Source: a virus. Taken from it: 64,000 bases of DNA. The stretch covers positions 16,086 to 80,085 of IMG/VR virus record IMGVR_UViG_3300043015_000560. The stretch is one strand, 5' to 3'. The notes below the pieces were generated by a model. That model was given only the letters and a program-made list of their open reading frames with translations, was not told the DNA's origin and made no database searches. Shown piece after piece: positions 8,114-17,428 of the stretch. How positions within the stretch are numbered: position 1 is the first letter of the stretch; every line of letters begins with the position of its first letter. The position numbers were made by a program, and so were the translations under genes.

Positions 8114-8799
8114 AAAAAATGTTCGTATCCATTGATATTAACACTGTTCTGCCCTTCACATTTAGGACACTTGAAATCAATCGTGTGCCCGAGTAAAGGA
8201 ACATTCTCAAAAAATTCTTTAACTTTTGAAAGTGTATTTACTGGCATATTGTCTATATATTCAATTAACTCTTTATAATCTATATCCTTTGCTTCCCAAA
8301 CTTCATCTTCACTATAGATGCATTCAACGCATTCTAAGATGAGTTCGTCGTCTTGTAGATTTTCCGCTTTGCCCATTGTTTTGGCGGACGGGTATTTTAA
8401 AACAATACCGTTCTTATCGTCAATTTCAATCTTTCTATTAGCCTTTTCTTCTAGTCCAACAAGTTTGAAATCGTTCAAGTTTACCTGCCATGGCAAATTA
8501 GCAGAACAATGTCCACAAATAAGAGTGAACTCTTGTAACTCACTTACTGACTTAGATCTAAGTTGTAAGAAGATCCACTGTAAATCAAACATAGGAATCT
8601 CTTCCACATCCAATTCGCCAAAGGAACAGTTACTTACAACCTGTTGACAAGCTGCCACCATTTCAGAGGCATCTTCAGCCTCGCTAGCAAGTGTTAATAT
8701 TTTTTCTTCTTTTACAAGAAAAGGCCTAAATTTCATCTCTTTTTTAGATGAAGGTATTTCCAACTTAAATGTTGGCGTTTCAATTGTGGGTAATCCCAT
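8107..8799 (-). CDS. gp26: Baseplate hub assembly protein gp26-like
   Basis: MGLPTIETP...FRPFLVKEEKIL...FDLQWIFLQLRSKSV, two CxxC pairs, ends GYEHFFA. Confidence 0.9.
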   Translation of the reverse strand: MGLPTIETPTFKLEIPSSKKEMKFRPFLVKEEKILTLASEAEDASEMVAACQQVVSNCSFGELDVEEIPMFDLQWIFLQLRSKSVSELQEFTLICGHCSANLPWQVNLNDFKLVGLEEKANRKIEIDDKNGIVLKYPSAKTMGKAENLQDDELILECVECIYSEDEVWEAKDIDYKELIEYIDNMPVNTLSKVKEFFENVPLLGHTIDFKCPKCEGQNSVNINGYEHFFA

Positions 8800-8821
8800 T
8801 ATATTCTCCTAATAAATAAAA

Positions 8822-9352
8822 TCAAATTCGCTCCCAATACGTGGAAGCCATTGTTATTGAACACCTAATTGCTGATGTGTTTGCCGATGATACGGGAATC
8901 AAACTCAAAAGTTTAGGCATTGTTTCATAAAATTTCCATCCAGCTAATACTGAATCGTCCACAGCCAAAGAGTATATAGATATTGATCCGTATATATCTT
9001 CTGGATATGAAGTTTCTTTAGACACAGGATCAGAGCAAAGAAAAGCCCAGTTTTCAAACGCTGTTCTAATGCCCCAGTTTTGGTCTGCTAAGAAAGTGAA
9101 CACCGCTTCTGCACCTAAGAACTCTAAGTTTTGTGTTCTATACTCTGTCCAAGCACCAATTCTAAAAGGCAGGTTTGTTGCAACCAATCCAGGTATTTGT
9201 GCTTCTTCACATAATATTGAAGTTGTTCTAGCGACGTCAGGTGGTAAGGCAAGACTGCCAGGAAAGTTGACAACCACCTCAAACCTATCGGAACGAGGAG
9301 TATGTGAACTTCTAACTGTAGCTAGAAAATTACCAAAATTATTTTGTGCCAT
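8822..9352 (-). CDS. gp54: Baseplate tail-tube initiator, gp54-like (gp19 fold)
   Basis: RSDRFEV..., CEEAQIPG, RTAFENW tube-fold motifs; synteny. Confidence 0.65.
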   Translation of the reverse strand: MAQNNFGNFLATVRSSHTPRSDRFEVVVNFPGSLALPPDVARTTSILCEEAQIPGLVATNLPFRIGAWTEYRTQNLEFLGAEAVFTFLADQNWGIRTAFENWAFLCSDPVSKETSYPEDIYGSISIYSLAVDDSVLAGWKFYETMPKLLSLIPVSSANTSAIRCSITMASTYWERI

Positions 9353-9903
9353 TATAGTAGCTCCCTACTGTCTCTCCAAACCTCGGCATTGTCTGCACCT
9401 TGGAAGTCTGCCAGCGGAAGGAAGATTGCCGGTTTCCAATGATCTGGATTGATTTTTAAAAATTGTGACTTGACCCCATCTATACGATATCGCTTAATAC
9501 ACGCTTTAATTCCTGGAAATTTTTGTATTATGCCCCAACTAGTTGATGTGAACTTTCCGTCTTTAGAAATGTTTAATAGCTTTGCGAATAAATCGGCTCT
9601 AAGCATAGGGGGTAGGTAATGTAAGTTGATGCCGTAGAAACCACCTTTAGTATTTTCTACGGGTATACACAAAGGGAATCTATCCCAATACGGGAGTCGG
9701 TCTTTGTGTTTAGCATCATATAAGAACATATAGAGGCCACTATTAACTTCAAGAGAGTTTTTTAGTTCTCCCAAGTCAGAGCGTCTAGCATCTACAGGTG
9801 AATTAATGCCGCTAGCTAGCTTACGAACAGCTGTCATATACCATTGATATGATCTGTCTTTGTTTCCTGCTTGTCCAGATAACTGGTGAAATACGTCTTT
9901 CAT
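9352..9903 (-). CDS. gp2: DNA end protector gp2
   Basis: YMFLYDAKHKDRLPYWDRFPL...GINLHYLPP..R...CIKRY...W..AIFLP. Confidence 0.92.
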   Translation of the reverse strand: MKDVFHQLSGQAGNKDRSYQWYMTAVRKLASGINSPVDARRSDLGELKNSLEVNSGLYMFLYDAKHKDRLPYWDRFPLCIPVENTKGGFYGINLHYLPPMLRADLFAKLLNISKDGKFTSTSWGIIQKFPGIKACIKRYRIDGVKSQFLKINPDHWKPAIFLPLADFQGADNAEVWRDSRELL

Positions 9904-9908
9904 AAACG

Positions 9909-9916
9909 TATTTATA
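9909..9916 (-). promoter_or_regulatory. T4 late promoter for the gp2-gp54-gp26-tape measure operon
   Basis: TATAAATA on the minus strand, 5 nt before the gp2 ATG. Confidence 0.8.
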
Positions 9917-10349
9917 AGGGTAAGCCTAGTTCCTTTTCAGTTATTATCATAAATTCCCACCCTCTGTCTAAACAAAACTCTGTAGCAGTTTCCCATTTAG
10001 CTAGATTAACACCGTATGTCATAACCTCATTAATAAATCTTTTGGTTTTACGTTTAGGTATTACGGGTTCCTTTGTGAATCTATAAGGCTTAACTTCGAT
10101 TAAATATTTTTTAGATTCAGTCTTTACAAAGAAGTCTGGAAAATATCTGTGTATCTTTTTATCCAGAGGCGATCTATAAGGTATTACAATTTCTTCAGAT
10201 CCCCAAGCAAGCACATCTGTATTAGTATCACACCAATTCATAAACTTTAACTCATAACTAGATCTGTATATAATCTCCATAGAGTTGCCAACGTATTTCT
10301 CAGGATTGTTACAAACAAACCTGCCCTTATAAACATTCTTAGAATACAT
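9912..10349 (-). CDS. gp4: Head completion nuclease gp4
   Basis: NPEKYVG...YRSSYELKFMNWCD...WGSEE..IPY..P...HRYFPDF...IEVKP...NLAKW...IITE. Confidence 0.93.
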   Translation of the reverse strand: MYSKNVYKGRFVCNNPEKYVGNSMEIIYRSSYELKFMNWCDTNTDVLAWGSEEIVIPYRSPLDKKIHRYFPDFFVKTESKKYLIEVKPYRFTKEPVIPKRKTKRFINEVMTYGVNLAKWETATEFCLDRGWEFMIITEKELGLPL

Positions 10350-10612
10350 TACCATTCCTCTATCATAGGTTTTAGTTTTTTGGTGTGTAAATCTTCTAAC
10401 ATTTTAACAATGGGTTGCCCGTCGGTTAGTAGAAATAAATCCATATCTTCTTTTGTCTGTGTTACAAATGTCATTCTGATTCTCACAGGATCTGTTTGAT
10501 CCGGGAAAAATTCTATATCATCAGTAAACTGTGCCGTCTTTAAGACATCTTCTATGACATTAAAATCAAGAGCAAGGTTGTCTCTGATAAAGCTTAATCG
10601 CCAAGTGTACAC
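10349..10612 (-). CDS. Hypothetical protein
   Basis: 87-aa ORF translationally coupled to neighbours; GAGAGGA SD before GTG. Confidence 0.6.
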   Translation of the reverse strand: MYTWRLSFIRDNLALDFNVIEDVLKTAQFTDDIEFFPDQTDPVRIRMTFVTQTKEDMDLFLLTDGQPIVKMLEDLHTKKLKPMIEEW

Positions 10613-11907
10613 AAATATCCTCTCAATTGATCCATATTAACTTTGGTTTCTGTAGTAAAATCTTTCTTGTTTAATGTCGTAATAGTTTTAAATATATTTG
10701 TATTTATCCTATCTGTATTGTAGCTAACAGTAGGCTCCCATAGAACTAAGTGTAAGTCTTCTCCTACAATGTCAAACTCTCCAGCATAATGTTTACTTAC
10801 AAAATTATCTAAAACGTGTTTTTTATCTCTACCCATATGTATCCAGGTGTTTCCTTTTTTATTTAATTGATCGCCTAACAATCTTTTATTAGGCCATAGT
10901 TCGCAGTTAACAACTACTCTGTCATCTACAAGTTCCATGGTATAAAAGTCATCTGGTTGACAACCTAAACTGCTCTTTGTCCAATCACTATCTTTTGTAA
11001 CATGATTGACTAGAAGTGGAATACCGGTGTCGATAGAACCGAAGTGAGACATAAATTCAATATTATTTTCCTCACACAATCCTACAAAATAATCTGGCAC
11101 TGTAAATCCACTCATGTTAATTAATAAGGTTGTATCTAATTTGGGTATTGCTTTTAAGAATATATCCATACACCGCATATTGATCATCATCATTTTAGTT
11201 GGTTGCCATTTAACTATTTCATCTGCAAACCAACCTGAAATATGTTCAACTGTCATTGGATTCATTACAATGTTTCTGTGATTGTCAGATGCCATTAGGC
11301 TAGGAAACAAATGAGTTAATATGCTACTAGCGTGGTGCATATTTTTACTGTGAACAACTTTATCATCTTTTACAAACTTGAACACATCTATATTTCTTTT
11401 GGATATTGTATAAACCTCATTCTGCGTAAACAGCACTGGCTTAGAATCACTTGTTGTGCCTGAGGTCGAGCCTAATAGATAAGGAGTATGTAATTCGTTA
11501 AATTTATCTTCACATTCTTCATAATAATTTAAAATATCGTCTTCGTGTAAAACATTCTCACTATAACGCTCTACCATAATGTGGTGAATAGGATGAGATT
11601 TTAACCAATCACATTCTACTGTAAACTTAACGGGTCCAAACAAACCTAACTTTGTTTTGTGTATTGTTTGTGGGTTTACAGGGAAATCTAATATGAAAAG
11701 GATCAATCCTAATTCAGCGGCTGCAAAAGACAACGCAACTTGATTAACGTTAACTTCCATAATTGATATAGCAAGTTTATCGCCTTTCTCAGCGTTATAC
11801 TTATGTTTTAAGAGGTGTTTCCAGCGATTTGTTAGACTAATAATATCAGATTTAGTGTATCCATCATAATCAAGCGAATCATTAATAATATTTGTTGTGA
11901 GCATCAA
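10594..11907 (-). CDS. Adenylate-forming (ANL / AMP-binding) enzyme-like protein
   Basis: STSGTTSDSKPV P-loop, HFGSIDTG (YGxTE-like), LGD...MGR, and C-terminal TKVNMDQLR (A10 Lys-like). Confidence 0.7.
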   Translation of the reverse strand: MMLTTNIINDSLDYDGYTKSDIISLTNRWKHLLKHKYNAEKGDKLAISIMEVNVNQVALSFAAAELGLILFILDFPVNPQTIHKTKLGLFGPVKFTVECDWLKSHPIHHIMVERYSENVLHEDDILNYYEECEDKFNELHTPYLLGSTSGTTSDSKPVLFTQNEVYTISKRNIDVFKFVKDDKVVHSKNMHHASSILTHLFPSLMASDNHRNIVMNPMTVEHISGWFADEIVKWQPTKMMMINMRCMDIFLKAIPKLDTTLLINMSGFTVPDYFVGLCEENNIEFMSHFGSIDTGIPLLVNHVTKDSDWTKSSLGCQPDDFYTMELVDDRVVVNCELWPNKRLLGDQLNKKGNTWIHMGRDKKHVLDNFVSKHYAGEFDIVGEDLHLVLWEPTVSYNTDRINTNIFKTITTLNKKDFTTETKVNMDQLRGYLCTLGD

Positions 11908-11914
11908 TAGGCCT

Positions 11915-11922
11915 TATAAATA
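11915..11922 (+). promoter_or_regulatory. T4 late promoter (gp48 operon)
   Basis: TATAAATA. Confidence 0.85.
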
Positions 11923-11946
11923 AAGTAAAGTTTAACATACAAAGGA

Positions 11947-11954
11947 TATTTATA
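11947..11954 (-). promoter_or_regulatory. T4 late promoter (ANL enzyme-gp4 operon)
   Basis: TATAAATA on the minus strand, 40 nt upstream of ORF 11907. Confidence 0.65.
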
Positions 11955-13102
11955 TGAGTTTTTTCTCATTCTTTGAAAGCGACGACGATGGGGTCGTTAC
12001 CGAAGATAGCCGTCAGGATGCTAGGACCGCAGCTCGTAACGAACAAAGAGCTAGAACCTCTGCGGTTGTTAGCTCACCGACAACAGCGTCATATCCTTCT
12101 GATGCTAGTGCAGGTAGACAACCACATAGTGTTGTATTCCATATTAATGCCAGATCTAATTCAGCTGCAGGAGCAGCAGCCCAATCTGCTAATGCAGGCA
12201 CGGCGGCTTGGAATAATGCACAAGGGGCTTTACAAAGTCAACAGGCAAGTGAAAACAGAGCATCCGCAGATGCTAGCGATACAGTAATGGCAGGAGCCTC
12301 GGCTGTAGCGGCCGGCGCTTTAACGGCAGCCATAGGGCCAAAGATGACAGGGGACAACGCATCTAAACTAGCAGTGCCACTTCTTGCTACAGGAGCGGCA
12401 GTTGTTGCTGGAGCACTTGGTGGATCTTTAACAGGTTCGAATAATACAGTTAGACTATTAGGATCAATTCAACTACATATCTCACAAGCACCGGTTACAG
12501 CATATAGTGCTAACTGGGACGAAGAAACATTAGGCACAGCAGCAGGCTTGTTAGCAAGTGGTAGAGCTGGGTTGTCAGATATTCTTGGCGGGGCTGAGTA
12601 TCTTTCTCGTGGTGTTATTGGCGCGGCAGCTAATATTCCAAAAGAGCTAGGTATCGGCGATCAAAACATTGCAGGAGCAATTGAGGCAACATCTAAGAAA
12701 GTAGCAAACCCATACAAAGAACAATTGTTTAAATCAATGGGATTCAGAAAGTTCTCTTTTGAATATAAGTTTATGCCAAAGAATGCAAGCGAATACAATA
12801 CAGTTCAAGGCATACTTAAACAGTTTAGATTACATATGCACCCAGACAAAGGACAAGACGGCTTTTTCCTAATTTATCCTTCAGAGTTTAATATTGAATA
12901 TCGCTATAAGGGCGGAGTAAACGGACACATTGCTAAAATTGCATCCTGTGTTTTAACCGATATGAAAATTACATACGGTTCTTCTGATGGAACATTTAAT
13001 ACTATTAAAGGCACGGGTGGCGCGCCAAACGAAATTAATATGTTGTTGTCCTTCACAGAACTAGAAACATTAACAACAGATAGAATCGAGGACGGGCTAT
13101 AA
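11954..13102 (+). CDS. gp48: Baseplate tail tube cap gp48
   Basis: NPYKEQLFKSMGFRKFSFEYKFMPKN..E...YPSEFNIEY...CVLTDM...LSFTELE. Confidence 0.9.
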   Translation: MSFFSFFESDDDGVVTEDSRQDARTAARNEQRARTSAVVSSPTTASYPSDASAGRQPHSVVFHINARSNSAAGAAAQSANAGTAAWNNAQGALQSQQASENRASADASDTVMAGASAVAAGALTAAIGPKMTGDNASKLAVPLLATGAAVVAGALGGSLTGSNNTVRLLGSIQLHISQAPVTAYSANWDEETLGTAAGLLASGRAGLSDILGGAEYLSRGVIGAAANIPKELGIGDQNIAGAIEATSKKVANPYKEQLFKSMGFRKFSFEYKFMPKNASEYNTVQGILKQFRLHMHPDKGQDGFFLIYPSEFNIEYRYKGGVNGHIAKIASCVLTDMKITYGSSDGTFNTIKGTGGAPNEINMLLSFTELETLTTDRIEDGL

Positions 13103-13608
13103 TGTATTTTAAAAATATGCCAAATATTGTTTATAAGTTTAATGACAAACAAATCCTTGTTAAAGATATATTCAGAAGAATTCAACTATCTACAGAAGCA
13201 AAAGATAGACGCCAACTAATCAATTACATTATTGAAGACGGCGAAACCCCAGATGCAGTTGCTTATAATTTTTATGGGTCTTCTGAAATGCACTGGCTTA
13301 TACTTTTAGTTAATGAAATATTCAGTGTAAAAGAAGAATGGCCTATTCACCAACAAGACATTTTTAGATATACAGAAAGCAAGTACGGTGTGGGTAACGC
13401 TTCAGATATCCATCACTATGCACTCTCAGAAGATACAAATATTATCGTAGACTACAATGCCGCTGATTTGGCTAATGGTGTAATTGAGGAAGTTACTAAC
13501 TATGCCTACGAAGAATCTTTGAACGACGACAAGCGTCAGATTTTTCTATTGAGGAACGAATATGTTCAACAATTTACTATGCAGTATAAAAAACTAATAC
13601 AGGCTTAA
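13102..13608 (+). CDS. gp53: Baseplate wedge subunit gp53
   Basis: MYFKNMPNIVY...GETPDAVA..FYG....WLILLVN...WP...HHY...NYAYEE..ND.KRQI.LL. Confidence 0.92.
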   Translation: MYFKNMPNIVYKFNDKQILVKDIFRRIQLSTEAKDRRQLINYIIEDGETPDAVAYNFYGSSEMHWLILLVNEIFSVKEEWPIHQQDIFRYTESKYGVGNASDIHHYALSEDTNIIVDYNAADLANGVIEEVTNYAYEESLNDDKRQIFLLRNEYVQQFTMQYKKLIQA

Positions 13609-13609
13609 C

Positions 13610-14914
13610 ATGGCAGAACTTATATACAAGCCCGGTGAGGTGAGAATTGAGAATCTTGCTATTACAAATGCCAAAACCGGCGACACATTAGATTTAACAA
13701 ACTTCGCAGCTGAGATTAATATTTACGAAGATATCTTTTCTCCTGTTATATTTGGTAACATTATTATATCTGATGCTGTTAATGCTATTAATACTTTTCC
13801 TATCCTAGGAACAGAAGTTATTAACATAAAACTTAGAACCCCTCAATTAGGAACAGCGATTGAAGGTAATTTTCAGCTATACGCTATTGAAGACAGGCAG
13901 CTGTTAACAGACAGAGAACAGTCCTATAGACTAGCTTTTATTTCTAGAGAAGGATATAGGGACCAAGTTACAAACATCTCTAAAACTTTTAGAGGTAAAA
14001 CCCATGAGATTGCGGCAGATATCTTTGGTGAATATGTACAATTAGACAAAGATTTAATTATAGGCGACACCCCACATCAAAGTAAAATAACTTATACTTC
14101 TAACTTTTGGACAGCCTTTAGAAATTTTAATTTTTTATCTAAGAGATCAAAGGGTTCAGACTTAGGGGCAAATGATTTTTTATTCTTTGAAACTAATTCT
14201 TCTTTTTGGTGGGCATCAACTGAATGGTTAATTGACGAACAATTAAAGAATGGTTTATTCGAAGAGTACATATACGAACCACCTGGAGTAAAGCTACCTA
14301 GAAGGGTTAGTGGTTATAATTTTGTTGGGGCAGTTTTGCCGCCCGAATTTACACAGGTAGAAGATATAAAAATACCTAAAACTATGGACTTGTTAGAACA
14401 ACAAGACTCAGGGTTTTATTCTAATGGTGTTAGAGCTTTTAATTTTACAACAGGCGAACATTTTGAAAAGAACTTCAACGCTATAGAGGAATGGGAAAAG
14501 TATGTTAGGACAGACAAAGGTTCTATTATTCCCGCACTTGTTGAGAAGATGCCCTATAGTAATGTGCAATTTATTCCTCTAAATAGTTGGGTACATAATG
14601 ATTACGAATTTGATGATGAATATTTAGATAATCCATCACAGAGACAGACATATTCTAACTCATTTAAACAATTTAAGTTTCAAATGGAAGTGCCGGGAAG
14701 AACAGACATAGAAGTGGGTAAACTTATTGTTGTCATGTTTCCTAATGTAAAAAGTAAAACAATAGACGACCCACAAACTATGGATATGGCTTTTGACGAA
14801 TTGTTAACGGGCCCTTATCTAGTAACAGCAATTAACCACAAAATAGATAATGCTAAACATTATATGATTTTAGAAATAGTAAAAAATGGACTAACCAAGT
14901 CTATAGGAGATTGA
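13610..14914 (+). CDS. Baseplate hub protein (gp27-like)
   Basis: INIYEDIFSP..FG...D, FLFFET, VPGRTDIEVG...LTGPYLVTAINH; located between gp53 and gp5. Confidence 0.75.
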   Translation: MAELIYKPGEVRIENLAITNAKTGDTLDLTNFAAEINIYEDIFSPVIFGNIIISDAVNAINTFPILGTEVINIKLRTPQLGTAIEGNFQLYAIEDRQLLTDREQSYRLAFISREGYRDQVTNISKTFRGKTHEIAADIFGEYVQLDKDLIIGDTPHQSKITYTSNFWTAFRNFNFLSKRSKGSDLGANDFLFFETNSSFWWASTEWLIDEQLKNGLFEEYIYEPPGVKLPRRVSGYNFVGAVLPPEFTQVEDIKIPKTMDLLEQQDSGFYSNGVRAFNFTTGEHFEKNFNAIEEWEKYVRTDKGSIIPALVEKMPYSNVQFIPLNSWVHNDYEFDDEYLDNPSQRQTYSNSFKQFKFQMEVPGRTDIEVGKLIVVMFPNVKSKTIDDPQTMDMAFDELLTGPYLVTAINHKIDNAKHYMILEIVKNGLTKSIGD

Positions 14915-14915
14915 G

Positions 14916-16757
14916 ATGAGTGATATTAGAATGCCTAAGTTCTTTTGGTGGATTGGAGTCGTAGAAGATAGACTCGATCCAGAATTCTTAGGTAGATATA
15001 GAGTTAGAATTTTAGGTTATCATACGGGTAACAAAGAAACTCTACCAACTGAAGATTTGCCTTGGGCGGTACCAGTACTCCCAGCAAATTCGGGCAGTAT
15101 GTCTGGCGTAGGCGTGAGCGGTGGCGGGCTTGTTGAGGGCTCTACTGTTATTGGATTTTTTGCTGACGGCGAAGATGGACAATCTCCTCTTATATTTGGA
15201 ACATTCCAAACAAATCCTCAAGTCGATTATAATGGCAACGATCCTGAATCTGCAGCTGTGGATTCAGCAAAAACCTCAGAGATGATTGCTGAACTTACTA
15301 AACAGGTACAAGGATTAGAAGAGATAATCCGACAACAGGCAAGAGAAAACAAACCTACAGAAAGTTACGAAGCAGAAAGAGATTTACTCAAACAACAAAT
15401 CGACGCCTTAAATGGTGTTGGTGATACTTTGGGATTTACTGATCCTAGAAAAATATTTCCTAGAACTCCAACAGGCACGGGTTATAACACATTAAAAGAA
15501 CCAAACTCTAGTAGACTTTCTAGGGGCCCAGATGCAGAACTTCACGCTTCACTTGTTAATAAAAGAACTACAAGACTGGGAGAAGAAGGCACAGAGATTC
15601 CTATGGCAACCGCTGCTAGTGTTGTATCGGTATTAGACGATAAAGACGGTGTACCATACGAAAGACCTTTCTGGGAAGAACCACATCCTAGATTTGGGTG
15701 GGACAAGAAAAGTTATTGCCCACATGGCACTAAGCCAACTTCAGAACACATGAAGTTTAGCGAGTCTTCACTTTACCCTTATAACAGAGTTCTTGAAACA
15801 GAAACAGGACACATATTTGAAGTTGATGATACACCAGACAATGGAAGAATACACGAGTATCACAACTCCGGCACATTTTACGAAATACAAGCAGACGGTA
15901 AAAAGATAACCAAAGTAGTTGGTGACGATTACGACATTACAATTAGAGATAAAAAAGTTTTTATTGGTGGTAGCTGTACTGTTACTATTGAAGGCGACGC
16001 TAGTGTTTATGTTAAAGGTAATAGCTACGAGGAAGTAGATGGAGACAAATTTGTAAGCGTAAAAGGAGATCATGTTACAAAGGTTGGCGGTAACCAAGTA
16101 TTAGAAGTGTTAACTGATTCCAATTCACAGATCAATGGATCAAAGGGTTACAGAGTATCAGGCGACGATAGTGAAACTATTGTTGGTAATCAAACACACT
16201 CAGTTGCCGGAACAAAGATGACCACAGTCAATGGCAATGTAACAGAAAAATATTTGAGTGAGGTTAAGGTTACTGTAGGAAAGAGTTATGCTCAACTAGT
16301 TGCTGAGAAATGGAATGTAGGTTCAGGCAAAAACATGGGACTTGGTTCGGCCGAGAAAGTAAATATTAAATCTAAATTAGAAATGGAAATTGAATCTGAG
16401 TCAACACAGCTAGTCAAGTCTAAAGAAGAACAAACCTTTACGGCGCTTGCCACACAAGTATTTAATGTTGGCACAGTACAGACAATGACAATGGGAGCTG
16501 ATGAAGTACCAGCAGATGGAGACACACCTGCAGAACCAGCAGTACCTGGAGAGCAGATCATCGGAGTGAAAGGTGGCACCCAAACGTTTACAGCAGATCA
16601 AACTATTATTGAGAATGATGTAAGGATTGAAGGAGCTACACATTCAGTCGAAGATGTTTCAACAGATGCGGGCAATGGACCTACATTGGCTACACATAAA
16701 CATAAAGAGATACCGGGTAGCGGCGATCCAACAGATACAACGGTAGCAGACGCGTAA
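14916..16757 (+). CDS. gp5: Baseplate central spike gp5 (OB fold + beta-helix, no lysozyme domain)
   Basis: WWIGVVEDRLDP..LGRYRVRILGYH...LPWA; YPYNRVLETETGHIFEVDDTP...; VxG beta-helix repeats; THKH tip. Confidence 0.93.
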   Translation: MSDIRMPKFFWWIGVVEDRLDPEFLGRYRVRILGYHTGNKETLPTEDLPWAVPVLPANSGSMSGVGVSGGGLVEGSTVIGFFADGEDGQSPLIFGTFQTNPQVDYNGNDPESAAVDSAKTSEMIAELTKQVQGLEEIIRQQARENKPTESYEAERDLLKQQIDALNGVGDTLGFTDPRKIFPRTPTGTGYNTLKEPNSSRLSRGPDAELHASLVNKRTTRLGEEGTEIPMATAASVVSVLDDKDGVPYERPFWEEPHPRFGWDKKSYCPHGTKPTSEHMKFSESSLYPYNRVLETETGHIFEVDDTPDNGRIHEYHNSGTFYEIQADGKKITKVVGDDYDITIRDKKVFIGGSCTVTIEGDASVYVKGNSYEEVDGDKFVSVKGDHVTKVGGNQVLEVLTDSNSQINGSKGYRVSGDDSETIVGNQTHSVAGTKMTTVNGNVTEKYLSEVKVTVGKSYAQLVAEKWNVGSGKNMGLGSAEKVNIKSKLEMEIESESTQLVKSKEEQTFTALATQVFNVGTVQTMTMGADEVPADGDTPAEPAVPGEQIIGVKGGTQTFTADQTIIENDVRIEGATHSVEDVSTDAGNGPTLATHKHKEIPGSGDPTDTTVADA

Positions 16758-16767
16758 GGAGGAGAAA

Positions 16768-17409
16768 ATGAGTTGTGGACCAGCGGCAGGATTAAAAGGA
16801 CTAGCAGATAAGATAGAGGCTGCTAATGATGAATTAGATAGTTTATTGGAGAGTGCCACAGGTGGTATTACCGATTTACTTGACAGCTTAGAAAGCATAG
16901 TCCAAGAGGAAGTTAATGGCATTGAGGATAAACTTACTAGTATGATCCCTTCATTGTTAGATCCTCCGCCCGATAGTATTTTAGGACAAGTACAGGATAT
17001 TGGTAAACTCTTAGCTTTGGGTGTTGTTGCAGGACCTCAGGTACTTGCAGCAGCAAAAAACTTTGAAACAAAATGGGGCGGCATTCTTAAATCTAATCCA
17101 GTCTTTGATGGGGACTTAGAAATAAGTGACATCGGTGGAATGGTGGATTTGTTAAGACAGGGAGCAGCAGATATAGACGGTCTATGTAAACTTCTCCCCA
17201 ACGTAAAAGATGACGGAATTGTTATTAGCATTTTAGCGTCTCCTGTAAGTTTCCCTGAAGTAGATGCAGTCGCTATGATAAAAGGACACAAATTACCAGA
17301 ATTGCCAAAACCCAAATTTGAACTTGAAGTTGGTAGACAGAAGAAGGAAGCAGAAGCATCCTTTGTAAACTATGAAGTTCCTAAGATTTATTTTGGCCCA
17401 AGAGGTTAA
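16768..17409 (+). CDS. Hypothetical baseplate-associated protein
   Basis: Strong SD AGGAGGAG; between gp5 and gp25. Confidence 0.7.
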   Translation: MSCGPAAGLKGLADKIEAANDELDSLLESATGGITDLLDSLESIVQEEVNGIEDKLTSMIPSLLDPPPDSILGQVQDIGKLLALGVVAGPQVLAAAKNFETKWGGILKSNPVFDGDLEISDIGGMVDLLRQGAADIDGLCKLLPNVKDDGIVISILASPVSFPEVDAVAMIKGHKLPELPKPKFELEVGRQKKEAEASFVNYEVPKIYFGPRG

Positions 17410-17415
17410 AGGAAG

Positions 17416-17423
17416 TATAAATA
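17416..17423 (+). promoter_or_regulatory. T4 late promoter (gp25)
   Basis: TATAAATA 5 nt before the ATG at 17429. Confidence 0.8.
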
Positions 17424-17428
17424 CAGTT

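Noticed and set aside
17372-17428. Upstream start for gp25
   Set aside because: Overlaps the previous gene and lies upstream of the late promoter; gp25 similarity starts after ATG 17429
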